A stretch of DNA of 64,000 nt from an uncultured Verrucomicrobiae bacterium (GCA_963789055.1 CAWBJE010000005.1:123920-187919), one strand, 5' to 3'; shown: positions 1 through 9,534, numbered from the stretch's first letter. Made by a program: numbers and translations. The notes: generated by a model not told the origin, from the sequence alone.

Positions 1-63
1 ATGAACGTCGCGGTTCGATGCCGCGCAATCTACCAACCCCGTATCGCAACGCAAGGCCGTTGA

Positions 64-154
64 GGTAATGCCCTGATTTGTGGGCGACAAGGTAACGAGT
101 CGTTTGGGCAAGCACTCCTCACGTCGTGCCCTACAGCCAAATTCGGACAGTACC
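64..154. mobile_element. 91-bp MITE with IS1-like termini, carrying a REP doublet
   Basis: Terminal inverted repeats GGTAATGCCCTGATTT (64-79) and AAATTCGGACAGTACC (139-154) match 12/16. Exact 8-bp direct repeats GCCGTTGA flank it at 56-63 and 155-162. Confidence 0.75.
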
Positions 155-261
155 GCCGTTGACCGTCTCACCGGCGGAATTTTCACCGGCAAAACCGGAA
201 TTCACTTTCCGGTTTGCTTTCGGCGGGAACTTTTTCTATTGCTGGCGCGTCAAAGGTTGGG

Positions 262-744
262 ATGAAGAAAAAATTGAAATGGATTTTGGCGCTGCTCGTC
301 GCGGGATTCGCGTTATTGCAACTCGCCAACCCGGCGCGCACAAATCCGCCGGTTGTGCCGGGCCATGATTTGATGGCCACCAATCCGCCGCCGCCGGAAA
401 TCGCCGCTCTGCTGCACGCCGCCTGTTACGATTGTCATTCGGATGAAACCAAATGGCCCTGGTATAGTCATGTCGCGCCGGTGTCGTGGCTGGTGGCGAA
501 CGATGTCGCCCGCGGGCGGGAGCGGCTGGATTTTTCCGAATGGCCGCGTGAATTGCCCGGACGCGCGGCCAAGCGGCTGGAGCGGATCAGTGAAGAAGTG
601 GATTACAAGGACATGCCGCCGGCCAAATACACCTTGATGCATCCCGAAGCCCGGCTTACCGCCGGCCAGCGCCAGCAATTGATCCATTGGGCGGACCAGG
701 AAGCCGCGCGGCTCAAAGCAACCGGCGGTGCCGGCAGCGAGTGA
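262..744 (+). CDS. Haem-binding domain protein (mono-haem c-type, exported/anchored)
   Basis: N-terminal hydrophobic segment, CYDCH haem-c motif, WPWYSHVAPVSW and MPP..Y.LMH motifs of the Haem_bd family; ATG at 262. Confidence 0.85.
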   Translation: MKKKLKWILALLVAGFALLQLANPARTNPPVVPGHDLMATNPPPPEIAALLHAACYDCHSDETKWPWYSHVAPVSWLVANDVARGRERLDFSEWPRELPGRAAKRLERISEEVDYKDMPPAKYTLMHPEARLTAGQRQQLIHWADQEAARLKATGGAGSE

Positions 745-778
745 GACGGCACTCGAAGTATCACCACGAGTGTCCTGA

Positions 779-3172
779 TCAATGGTTTGCCCGGGCGTTT
801 TTCGTTTCCAGTGCGTGAGCGAGATTGCGGCGCGCCTCGGCAAAATCAGGTTTCAAACGGATGGCCTCCTGAAATTGTCGGATGGCCTCGTCAATCTGGC
901 CGCTGCCGACCAAGGCGGTCCCGAGATTGTTGTGGGCATCGGCATAATCGGGTTTCAAGCGGATGGCTTCCCGGAATTGGCCGATCGCCTCGTCAATCTG
1001 GCCTTTCTGGTTGAGAACGATAACGCCGAGATTGTTGTGGGCATCGGCAAATTCGGGTTTCAGTCGGATGGCTTCCTGAAATTGGCGGATGGCTTCATCG
1101 CTTTGACCGTTCCGACCCAGGACGATACCAAGATTGTTATGCGCCTGGGCGTCATTCGGCGCCAGACGGACGGCTTCCTGGTACTGGTTGAGCGCTTCAT
1201 CCGCCTGCCCTTTCGTCCCCAGGGCGGAGCCGAGACTGGAATAAGCCTCGGGGAAATCAGGTTTCAGTCGGATGGCTTCCTGAAATTGGCGGATCGCCTC
1301 GTCAACCCGGTCTTCCCGCCCGAGAGCCGTGCCGAGATCGTAATGGGTCTCGGCGTCATTCGGCATCAGGCGAAGGGCTTCCTGCAATTGGCTGATGGCT
1401 TCGTCAATCTGGCCTTTCTTGAGAAGGACATTGCCAAGCTTGTCGTGGGCTTGGGCAAAATCGGGTTTCAGTCGGATAGCTTCCTGGAACTGTCGGATGG
1501 CCTCGTCGGTCCGGTTCTTCTGGTCGAAAACAATACCCAGAGCATAGTGGGCCTGGGCGTCATCCGGTACCAGGCGAAGGGCTTCCTGAAATTGGTTGAT
1601 CGCCTCGTCCGTCTGGCCTTTCTGGTTGAAGGCAATACCGAGCGCATAGTGGGCCTCGACAAAATCCGGCTTCAAGTGAAGGGCTTCCTGAAATTGACTG
1701 ATGGCCTCATCCGTCTGGCCTTTCACACCAAGGACGATTCCAAGGGCTTTGTGAGCGAAGTAATTATTTTTCGTGACCTCCAGCACATGCCGAAATAGGG
1801 CTTCACTATCCTGCCAATATCCAAGCTGCCGCCGCGTCATCCCAAGACACAGGATAATTGCCGCACCACCCGCCACCGACAATGTCATCACTTGGTACCG
1901 CCAGCGACGGGTCAATTCGTATGCGCCCCAGATGACTAGAATAAATACCCCAAGCGACGGAATATAGGTGTACCGATCCGCCATCGCCTGATCGCTCACT
2001 TGCACCAACCCAATCACCGGCACCAGTGTCCCCACATACCACAACCAGCCCATCAGCATAAACGGATAGCGCCGCCGTACCATGACGCACAGCACTGTCA
2101 TCCCTGAAATCAATCCGCCGGCCAGCAACACCTCCTCCACGGGCCAGGGTCCAAGATGCGGATAAAATACCGCCAGGTCCACCGGCCAGAACATTTTCCC
2201 CAAGTACCGGCAGTAGGAAATTAGCGAGTTCTCTATGCGCCCGTTCAAAGGAAGGTTTGCAATCGTCGTCACCGCTCCACTTTGCTTCTGGACCGCGAAG
2301 GTCACCACACTCGCCGCCACCGCCAGCCCGAAGAAAGGGAGCTTCTCTAAAACCAAGGTTGAGAATTGAGCCGTCTTCGCTTCGCTTCGCCGCGCCAAGG
2401 GGTTGAGAGTTGAGGGCAATGCCGTGCCGACACTTGAAACTCGTTGCAACGGCCACCAGTCCAGCAGCAACATCACCAACGGCCACGTCACCAACATCGC
2501 CTTGCTCATTAAACCCAAAGCGAAAAACACCAAAGCCAGCAGGTAGTTGAGGGTTGAGGGTTGAGGGTTGAGGGTCGCTCTGTTTTGCGCGAAACGAACA
2601 TAAAAGATGAGCGCCAGCAGCCCGAAGAACGTGCTCAGCACATCCTTCCGCTCCGAAACCCACGCCACCGATTCGACATGCACCGGATGCCACCCGAACA
2701 ACGCCACCACCATCACACTCCGCCACAGCGCTCCAGCCTGTGGAGCCGTAGCCCCGGTATTTTCACCGGGGCGAAGGCTCATCAGCCGCCGAAATAACAG
2801 AAACACCAGCGCCGTGTTGACCGCATGCAACAATACGCTCGTCAGGTGATGGCCCCACGGATTCAGCCCGTACAACTGGCAGTCCAGCATGTGCGATAAC
2901 ATCGTCAGCGGATGCCAATTGGCGGCCACGGGATTTGATAGCGCCCATTTTATCCCTGCCCAGGTCAATCCATCTTGAACGTGCAAATTCTCCGTGACGT
3001 AAGCACTGTCATCATAGTCGACAAAGTCACATCGCGTCGCCGGCCAGTAAAGGCCCACCGTCACCAATGCCAGCAAGACTGCCATCAGCCACGCCGGAAA
3101 ACGCGTTGGCGGCGTCATCGGAGCGGATGCCTTTGCGGGGGCCGGGTTGGATTTCTTCTTTGGAGCGCGCAT
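779..3172 (-). CDS. TMTC-like membrane glycosyltransferase (GT-C fold) with C-terminal TPR array
   Basis: FVDYDD, WHPLT, HPVHVESVAWVSERKD, MSK, ADRYTY motifs across multiple TM helices, followed by about nine 34-aa TPR repeats. Confidence 0.85.
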   Translation of the reverse strand: MRAPKKKSNPAPAKASAPMTPPTRFPAWLMAVLLALVTVGLYWPATRCDFVDYDDSAYVTENLHVQDGLTWAGIKWALSNPVAANWHPLTMLSHMLDCQLYGLNPWGHHLTSVLLHAVNTALVFLLFRRLMSLRPGENTGATAPQAGALWRSVMVVALFGWHPVHVESVAWVSERKDVLSTFFGLLALIFYVRFAQNRATLNPQPSTLNYLLALVFFALGLMSKAMLVTWPLVMLLLDWWPLQRVSSVGTALPSTLNPLARRSEAKTAQFSTLVLEKLPFFGLAVAASVVTFAVQKQSGAVTTIANLPLNGRIENSLISYCRYLGKMFWPVDLAVFYPHLGPWPVEEVLLAGGLISGMTVLCVMVRRRYPFMLMGWLWYVGTLVPVIGLVQVSDQAMADRYTYIPSLGVFILVIWGAYELTRRWRYQVMTLSVAGGAAIILCLGMTRRQLGYWQDSEALFRHVLEVTKNNYFAHKALGIVLGVKGQTDEAISQFQEALHLKPDFVEAHYALGIAFNQKGQTDEAINQFQEALRLVPDDAQAHYALGIVFDQKNRTDEAIRQFQEAIRLKPDFAQAHDKLGNVLLKKGQIDEAISQLQEALRLMPNDAETHYDLGTALGREDRVDEAIRQFQEAIRLKPDFPEAYSSLGSALGTKGQADEALNQYQEAVRLAPNDAQAHNNLGIVLGRNGQSDEAIRQFQEAIRLKPEFADAHNNLGVIVLNQKGQIDEAIGQFREAIRLKPDYADAHNNLGTALVGSGQIDEAIRQFQEAIRLKPDFAEARRNLAHALETKNARANH
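2370..2399. repeat. 30-bp mini-element inserted in-frame in the TPR gene (encodes LARRSEAKTA)
   Basis: GCCGTCTTCGCTTCGCTTCGCCGCGCCAAG; identical copy at 4389-4418; related copies at about 4650-4679 (opposite orientation), about 6968-6998 and about 57078-57144. Confidence 0.75.
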
Positions 3173-3309
3173 GGAACTGCCCCAAATTATCAACAGGACG
3201 GGACTCCTGGCACGCCCATTTTGTAACGATTTCAAATTATCGAACCAATGGACGGCAGCGTTCCTGCGTCCCGCCGGAGTTTTGGTTCGAAGGAAGGATT
3301 GCTTTGAAA

Positions 3310-5212
3310 TCAGTGGTCGGCTGGAGCGTTTTTCATTTCCAGCGCGTGAGCGAGATTGCGGCGAGCCTCGGCAAAATCAGGTCTCAGAACGGAGGGCTTC
3401 CTGGAATTGGACGATGGCCTCGTCGATTTGATATTTTCGCCCCAGAGCCGCGCCAAGGTTATAGTGGGCTTCGGCAAAATCGGGTTCCAGGCGGATGGCT
3501 TCCTGATATTGGTTGATGGCCTCAGCAATTTGGCCGCTCTGGTACAGGACGGTACCAAGGTCATTGTAAGCGTCAGCGGAATCCGGCTTTAGCCGAATGG
3601 CTTCCCGGAATTGCTGAATGGCCTCGTCGGTCCGGCCTTTCCGGTCGAAGGCAATTCCAAGCCCGACGCGGGCCTCGGCAAAATCCGGTGCCAGGCGGAT
3701 GGCTTCCTGGAACTGGCCTATCGCCTCATCGGTCCGACCGTCCACACCAAGGACGACCCCGAGAGCTTTATGGGCGAGATAATTGTTTTCCGTGACCGCC
3801 AGCGCATGACGGAAAAGAGCTTCACTGTTTTTCCAATACCCCAATTGCTGCCGCGTCGCCCCAAAGCACAGGACGGTCACTGCCAATCCTGCCACCGATA
3901 ATACAGTTATCCGGTGCCGCCACTGTCGCGTCAGTTCGTACATCCCCCAAATCACGAATATCAGCATCCCCAGCAACGGGACATAACTGAACCGGTCGGC
4001 CATCGCCTGTTCGCCCGATTGCACCAGTTGAATTACTGGAACAAGTGTCCCTATAAACCACAGCCACCCCATCAACAGGAACGGACAACGCCGCCGCACC
4101 AGAATACACCCTGTCGTAATGCTCAGAAGCAACCCGCCGGCCAGCAGCACCTGTGTCGCCGGCCAATAACCCGGATGCGGATAAAACACCGCCAAATCCA
4201 CCGGCCAGAACAGTTTCCCTAGGTAACGGCAATACGAAATCAGCGCATTACCTATGCGCGCACTCAGCGAAAGGGTGGTCATCGACATCACCGCCCCACC
4301 GTGCTTCTGTGCCACGTAAGTCACGACGCTCGCCGCTGCTGCCAGGCCAAAAAACGGAAGCTTCTCTAAAACAAGGGTTGAGAGTTGAGCCGTCTTCGCT
4401 TCGCTTCGCCGCGCCAAGGGGTTGAGGGTTGAAGGTGATGCCGTGCCGGCACTTGAAACTGAAAACTTGAAACTTGAAACTCGTTGCAATGGCCAGTAAT
4501 CCAGCAGCAACATCACCAACGGCCACGTCACCAACATCGCCTTGCTCATCAGGCCGAAGGCGAAAAACAAAAGCGACAACCAGTAGAAACGTGATTGGTA
4601 ACTCGTGACTGGTAACTGGACTGAATTCGCTCGTGTCACTTGCCCCTTGCCTGCCGAGCCGAAGCCTGGCGAAGGCTGGCCACTTGTCACTGCCTTTACG
4701 TAGCAAATGAGTGACAGCAATCCGAAGAAAGCACTCAGCACATCCTTGCGTTCGGTCACCCAAGCCACCGATTCGACATGCAACGGATGCCACCCAAACA
4801 ACGCCGCCACCATCACACTCCGCCATAATGCCCCCGTCAAATTCCGTAATAACAGAAACACCAGCGCTGTGTTGGCGGCGTGCAGCAATATATTAATGAG
4901 GTGATGGCCCCAGGGATTCAAGCCGAAGAGCTGGCAGGCCAGCATGTGCGACAGCCACATCATCGGCGCCCAATAGGCGGCTTGTTTTGTGTTGGTAAAC
5001 GCCCATTTTATCCCTTCCCAAGTCAGGCCGTTCTGAACGTGAGGATTCTCGGTAATAAAGACGTTGTCGTCGTAATTGACAAAATCACATTGCGTCGCCG
5101 GCCAGTAGAGAACAATGGTTATCACCGCCAGCAATATCGCCACCGGCCATCCCGACAAACGCAATCGGGCCAGGACCGGGACAGAGTCGGACCTCGTCTT
5201 TGGATTACGCAT
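3310..5212 (-). CDS. Tandem paralogue, TMTC-like GT-C + TPR protein (fewer TPRs; indel near 3385)
   Basis: Same motifs (FVNYDD, HVESVAWVTERKD, ADRFSY). The C-terminus PDFAEARRNLAHALE continues in the adjacent frame to 3310, matching the paralogue's end. Confidence 0.8.
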
Positions 5213-5371
5213 GGATCCGCCCGAAATTATCACCGGGACGGTAGCGTTGGCACGCCCATTCTGTGCCGTGGACCGTGACTGCTCAAACTTCGAAGGCGCG
5301 CTTTGCCGTTTCTCGCCTCACAACAGTTGAACGTTGACGGAGCGATGTCGGCCAAACATGCTTTTGGTTTT

Positions 5372-6005
5372 ATGTTGGATACCGAACTGATCCCCGCTGC
5401 CCAATCCCGCCCCGGCGGGGCGCAGCGACTGATGGTGATGTTGCACGGGCTGGGCGACAGCATGGACGGCTGGCGCTGGTTCCCCGAGTTGATGGAATTG
5501 CCGTGGCTGAATTATCTGCTTGTCAACGCGCCGGACGAATACTTCGGCGGATTTTCGTGGTTCGATTTGAACGACATGGCCCCCGGCGTCCAACGCAGCC
5601 GGAAATTGTTGTTCTGAGCTGCTCGACGATATGCGCGCCAAGGGTTTTCCGGCAGAACAAATCGTCTTCGGCGGTTTTTCCCAAGGCTGTTTGATGGCCA
5701 TCGAAACCGCTTTGCATTATCCGCACCGGCTCGCGGGCATCGTCGGCATCAGCGGCTGGATTTTTGAGCCGGAAAAACTGGTGCGGGAACTTTCGCCCGT
5801 CGCGCGCCAGCAACGACTCCTCATGACCCACGGCACGAGCGACCCGATGGTTCCCATCGACAAGGTGCGCCCGCGAATTCCGCTGCTCAAGGCCGCCGGT
5901 CTGCAACTGGAATGGCACGAATTTGCCAAGGGACACACCGTCGCCGGCGAAGAGGAGATTGCCGTCATCCGCAATTTTGTGTGTGCCGGTTTCAGAGATG
6001 ACTGA
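5372..6005 (+). CDS. Phospholipase/carboxylesterase (alpha/beta hydrolase); indel near 5613
   Basis: MLHGLGDS, GFSQG nucleophile elbow, HGTSDPMV and KGH motifs spread over two frames. Confidence 0.85.
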
Positions 6006-6135
6006 AGGCTAACGTCGAGTTGGGCCGATGTCAGAAAATCAGCCGTTCTTGCCAATCGGTTTACAAAAATAAAGAGCCAATCGGCTTGACAGCACGCATG
6101 GTTACGCTCATTCGTAATTCCAACCAGGAGACGTT

Positions 6136-6402
6136 ATGGCATCAAAGTCAATTACGAGTCGTAATTTTAAGTTTGGTGGCGACGTTTACCACATTACCGT
6201 ACGTCCTTACGACGAGGAGCTGGGCCATGTGACGGCGGATTGGTGGCGAGCGTCTGACCGGTTGGAAGGGAAACTCGGGTTCGGCGTAGTGTCCTCTGAC
6301 GTGGCGATACGGTTGGCCGAACAGGCGATCTGCAATCCCACACCGCCATCCGCTTTGCAGTCGCCATTTCATCGTCGCACGCACCGGCCGCCGACGCCGT
6401 AA
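6136..6402 (+). CDS. Hypothetical protein (88 aa)
   Basis: ATG preceded by AGGAG; protein-like composition; no family recognised. Confidence 0.5.
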   Translation: MASKSITSRNFKFGGDVYHITVRPYDEELGHVTADWWRASDRLEGKLGFGVVSSDVAIRLAEQAICNPTPPSALQSPFHRRTHRPPTP

Positions 6403-6420
6403 GCGGGAAGCGCGCCGGTT

Positions 6421-6500
6421 ATGGAAATGGATTAATGGATTAATGGATTGGTGCGGGTCAAACCCATTCATCCAATAATCCAAAAATCCAATCATCCGTT
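6421..6500. repeat. Inverted octamer microsatellite (TGGATTAA)n...(TAATCCAA)n
   Basis: Direct reading; lies between convergent genes; same family at about 8415-8507 and about 49545-49695. Confidence 0.75.
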
Positions 6501-6505
6501 TTCCG

Positions 6506-6724
6506 TCAAACCTTCACTTCGCGGGCGGCGCCGGGAATCCAGATTTGTTCCGGTCGCGGTCCGTCGGCAGCTTCCCAATCCATCGCGCTTTCCACAATGT
6601 CGCGCATTTGGTCGAACCACCATGCCGCACGGGCGATACGCCCTTCGCGCCGCCCCGTGCCCGGAGTCAGGCGGATGCTATGGTTGAATCCGAGTTCCAG
6701 TTGATTGTCTGTCGCGTTTGTCAT
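6506..6724 (-). CDS. Small hypothetical protein (QLELG...RAAWWFDQMR..V..AMDW...PRPEQ)
   Basis: Compact ORF with a motif-like Trp pattern; start placed at ATG 6724. Confidence 0.6.
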   Translation of the reverse strand: MTNATDNQLELGFNHSIRLTPGTGRREGRIARAAWWFDQMRDIVESAMDWEAADGPRPEQIWIPGAAREVKV

Positions 6725-6800
6725 AATGAACCTTTCGTTGCGCGACATTCTTGCAGAGGGGGTTGGACATTTGCTGTCCAAGGCAAATAAATATTTCAAC

Positions 6801-6877
6801 GTAGGAGACGACGTGAGGAGTCTCTAATTATGCTTCAGGAGCCGAAGAAATTTGAGACTCGTTACCTCGTCTCCTGC
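6801..6877. repeat. GTAG-type REP doublet (REPIN-like)
   Basis: GTAGGAGACGACGTGAGGAGTCTC...GAGACTCGTTACCTCGTCTCCTGC inverted arms. Confidence 0.75.
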
Positions 6878-7022
6878 CAAGGAAAGAATATGCTACGGAC
6901 GATCAGCCGCCAATCCTGCATGAAGCGTAAATCGTATATCGTAAATTGAAAACAATGAGCCTCTTCACCTGTCTTCGCTTCGCCTCAACGTGGTAAACGT
7001 CGGCTCCTACTTTCTCGTAATC

Positions 7023-7403
7023 CTACCGAATCTTTATCGTATCGCCGGGTTGCAACGGCACGACATGGCCGCTCAACAAATCGCGCGGATCCACCTCTAT
7101 TTGCTTACCCTGACGGGTGATGGTGATTTCCACCGGATTACGGTGACTGGTGTAATTGGCCGTGGCGATGGCCTGCGACAAAGTCAACCCTTCAACCCAC
7201 GGAACGTTGGGATGTTCGACCGGGCCGATGACGGTGACGCCCTGCCCTTGAACTGCGACACTGGCCAGTGCGGCCTGCTGGCCGGCCAGATAAGCCGCCC
7301 GCGCCTGGGCATCAGCCTGCGACTTGGTAACGCAGCCACCAGCAATCATCGCCAGAAGCAATCCGCCGGAAAATAATTTTATAGTCACTTGCGACATTGC
7401 CAT
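7023..7403 (-). CDS. Lipoprotein with SLBB/beta-grasp-like C-terminal domain
   Basis: Lipobox-like AGGC; VTVIGPV...GLTLSQAIA...LQPGDTIKI pattern. Confidence 0.6.
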   Translation of the reverse strand: MAMSQVTIKLFSGGLLLAMIAGGCVTKSQADAQARAAYLAGQQAALASVAVQGQGVTVIGPVEHPNVPWVEGLTLSQAIATANYTSHRNPVEITITRQGKQIEVDPRDLLSGHVVPLQPGDTIKIR

Positions 7404-7475
7404 TTTCATAACCAGTCGCAAACCAAATTGCAATCCCAGCAATGGTAAAATTGAATGGACATTTTATCCGCCGTC

Positions 7476-7575
7476 AAAGCGCCAGAAGACTGGCGCACTC
7501 CAAGACGCTTCGCGTATTCAGAGATCATCCTGTCTCGCATAGCGTCTTGGACTGCGGCGGCCCTCCGCCGCTTTT
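7476..7575. repeat. Palindromic REP-like doublet
   Basis: AAAGCGCCAGAAGACTGGCGCACTCCAAGACGCT...AGCGTCTTGGACTGCGGCGGCCCTCCGCCGCTTT. Confidence 0.7.
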
Positions 7576-7642
7576 CCTGGTCGTCAATTGGACTATGACC
7601 GTGGTAATCACACCAAGGGCAATTCATTTCTAAAAGCAGGAG

Positions 7643-8404
7643 CTAAAGGCCGTTTTTCCAGGCCGCGACGGCCGCCTTGATGTCCGGCGCGCAATTCGCC
7701 CGGGGTTTCACAAAACGCGGCGTGAACCACGGAAACAACCCGACCAAATCCAGCGTCACCAGAATTTGTCCGTCGCAATCCGGTCCCGAACCGATGCCGA
7801 TGGTGGGAATGGGAATGCGCGCCGTGATTTCCTTCGCGACCGGCGGCGTCACCAGTTCGAGCACAATCGCAAACGCGCCGGCATCGGCCAATGCTTTTGC
7901 GTCGGCAAGCAGCGCCTGGTGTTCCAGATCGGTTTTGCCTTTGACGTGGTAGCCGCCTTCTTCCCGCACGTGTTGTGGCAACATCCCCAAATGCCCGCAA
8001 AATGGTATTCCAGCGGCGATGATGGCGCGTACCGGCTCAATAATGCCGTGGCCACCCTCGGCCTTTATAAATTCGGCGCCGGCGGCGACCAGCCGTTTCG
8101 CGTTTCCAACGGCTGCCGCCGTGGTTTCGTAACTGTGGTACGGCATGTCCGCGCCGAGCAACGCGTGCGGTTTGGCCCGGGCGGCAGCGCGCACGTGATG
8201 TTCCATCTCGGCCATCGTCACGTGCGTGGTGTCCGGATAACCCAGCGTCACCATGCCGAGCGAATCGCCGACGAGAATCAGCGGAATGCCCGCTTCGTCA
8301 AGCAGCTTCGTCATGGGATAATCGTAAGCCGTGAGCGCGGCAATCTTCTCGCCGCGCGCTTTCATGGCGCGAATCGCAGCGTCTGTGATTTTTTGTGAGT
8401 TCAT
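7643..8404 (-). CDS. panB: 3-methyl-2-oxobutanoate hydroxymethyltransferase
   Basis: LTAYD, ILVGDSLGM, GHLG, PTIGIGSGPDCDGQILV motifs. Confidence 0.97.
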   Translation of the reverse strand: MNSQKITDAAIRAMKARGEKIAALTAYDYPMTKLLDEAGIPLILVGDSLGMVTLGYPDTTHVTMAEMEHHVRAAARAKPHALLGADMPYHSYETTAAAVGNAKRLVAAGAEFIKAEGGHGIIEPVRAIIAAGIPFCGHLGMLPQHVREEGGYHVKGKTDLEHQALLADAKALADAGAFAIVLELVTPPVAKEITARIPIPTIGIGSGPDCDGQILVTLDLVGLFPWFTPRFVKPRANCAPDIKAAVAAWKNGL

Positions 8405-8517
8405 TTTGGAACCGCAGATGGATTCATCCACGGATTAGTGGATTGATGGATAATTGGATTACCATCGTTCTGACAATCCAGCGATCCAACAATCCATTCA
8501 TCCATTAATCCCCTTGT

Positions 8518-9534
8518 TTACCTGTGGTTAAAACTGGCCAGCAATTCCTCCGGCGTCGTGGTGGCGGTGCCGATTTTGCCCACGACGATGCCCGCCGCGT
8601 GGTTGGAAAGAATTGCCGCCTCGATTGGCGACGCTCCTGCCGCGATGGCCAGCGTGAACGTGGCGATGACCGTGTCGCCCGCGCCGGAAACGTCGAACAC
8701 TTCCTGCGCCAGGGTGGGAATGTGGAACGGTTTTTGTCCGCGCTGACACAGTAACATGCCGGCCTCGCCCAGCGTAATGAGCAATACTGCCGGTCGCAGC
8801 TCGTTGAGCAGGCGCTCCGCAACCAGCATGAGATTTTTGTCGGCCAACGGGTCCGCGTGGCAGGTTTCGTCAGGTAAATTGGCCAGTTCAAAGGCTTCCT
8901 TGCGATTGGGCGTGATGAGCGAAAGGCCGCCCAAATTCAAATGATGCACCGGCTTGGGATCGAAACACAGCCAGATGCCGCGCTCGCGGCAGAGCGATTT
9001 GATTTCATTCAACAACGGCTGCGTCACGACACCCTTGCCGTAATCGCCGACGATGACGGCGGCGGTTCCGGGAAGTTTGGCTTTGAGTCCGGCGAGCAAT
9101 TGCCCGGCCAGTTTTCCATCGAGACCTTCACGCGTTTCGCGGTCAATGCGCACCATTTGCTGTTTGTGCGCCACAACGCGGGTTTTGACGCTGGTGTGCC
9201 GGGCGGCGTGAGTGACCAGTCCATTGCAACGGATATTCTGCTCGCCCAATAAATTTTTTAACCGGCGGCCGGCATCATCCTTGCCAATCGCGCCGAACAG
9301 TTCCGTCGGAACATTGAGCGCAATGAGGTTGCGGGCAACGTTGGCCGCGCCACCGGGCATGAAGCTTTCGCGCTCGAAATCCACCACCGGCACCGGCGCT
9401 TCGGGCGAAATGCGCGACACCGCGCCCCAGATGAATTGGTCGAGCATCACATCGCCGAGAACCAGCACGCGGGTTTTGATCGCGGCCCTCAGAATTTGCC
9501 GCACGCGTGAAACCGTCAGAATTTTTGCGCTCAT
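8518..9534 (-). CDS. hldA: D-glycero-beta-D-manno-heptose-7-phosphate kinase (RfaE domain I)
   Basis: GDVMLD, RISPEAPVPV, GGAANVA, DYGKG, TPNRKE, DVSGAGDTV motifs. Confidence 0.92.
   Translation of the reverse strand: MSAKILTVSRVRQILRAAIKTRVLVLGDVMLDQFIWGAVSRISPEAPVPVVDFERESFMPGGAANVARNLIALNVPTELFGAIGKDDAGRRLKNLLGEQNIRCNGLVTHAARHTSVKTRVVAHKQQMVRIDRETREGLDGKLAGQLLAGLKAKLPGTAAVIVGDYGKGVVTQPLLNEIKSLCRERGIWLCFDPKPVHHLNLGGLSLITPNRKEAFELANLPDETCHADPLADKNLMLVAERLLNELRPAVLLITLGEAGMLLCQRGQKPFHIPTLAQEVFDVSGAGDTVIATFTLAIAAGASPIEAAILSNHAAGIVVGKIGTATTTPEELLASFNHR

Noticed and set aside
779-1750. 102-bp periodic repeats that could be mistaken for a CRISPR array
   Set aside because: They are 34-aa TPR coding repeats with no unique spacers and no cas genes.
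3205-3225. Sigma-54 promoter (TGGCACG) upstream of both TPR genes
   Set aside because: It is on the wrong strand for these genes and lacks the TTGC -12 element; better explained as part of a duplicated upstream region.
779-5212. Paralogous repeats as a diversity-generating retroelement template/variable pair
   Set aside because: No reverse transcriptase is present and the differences are not visibly adenine-specific.
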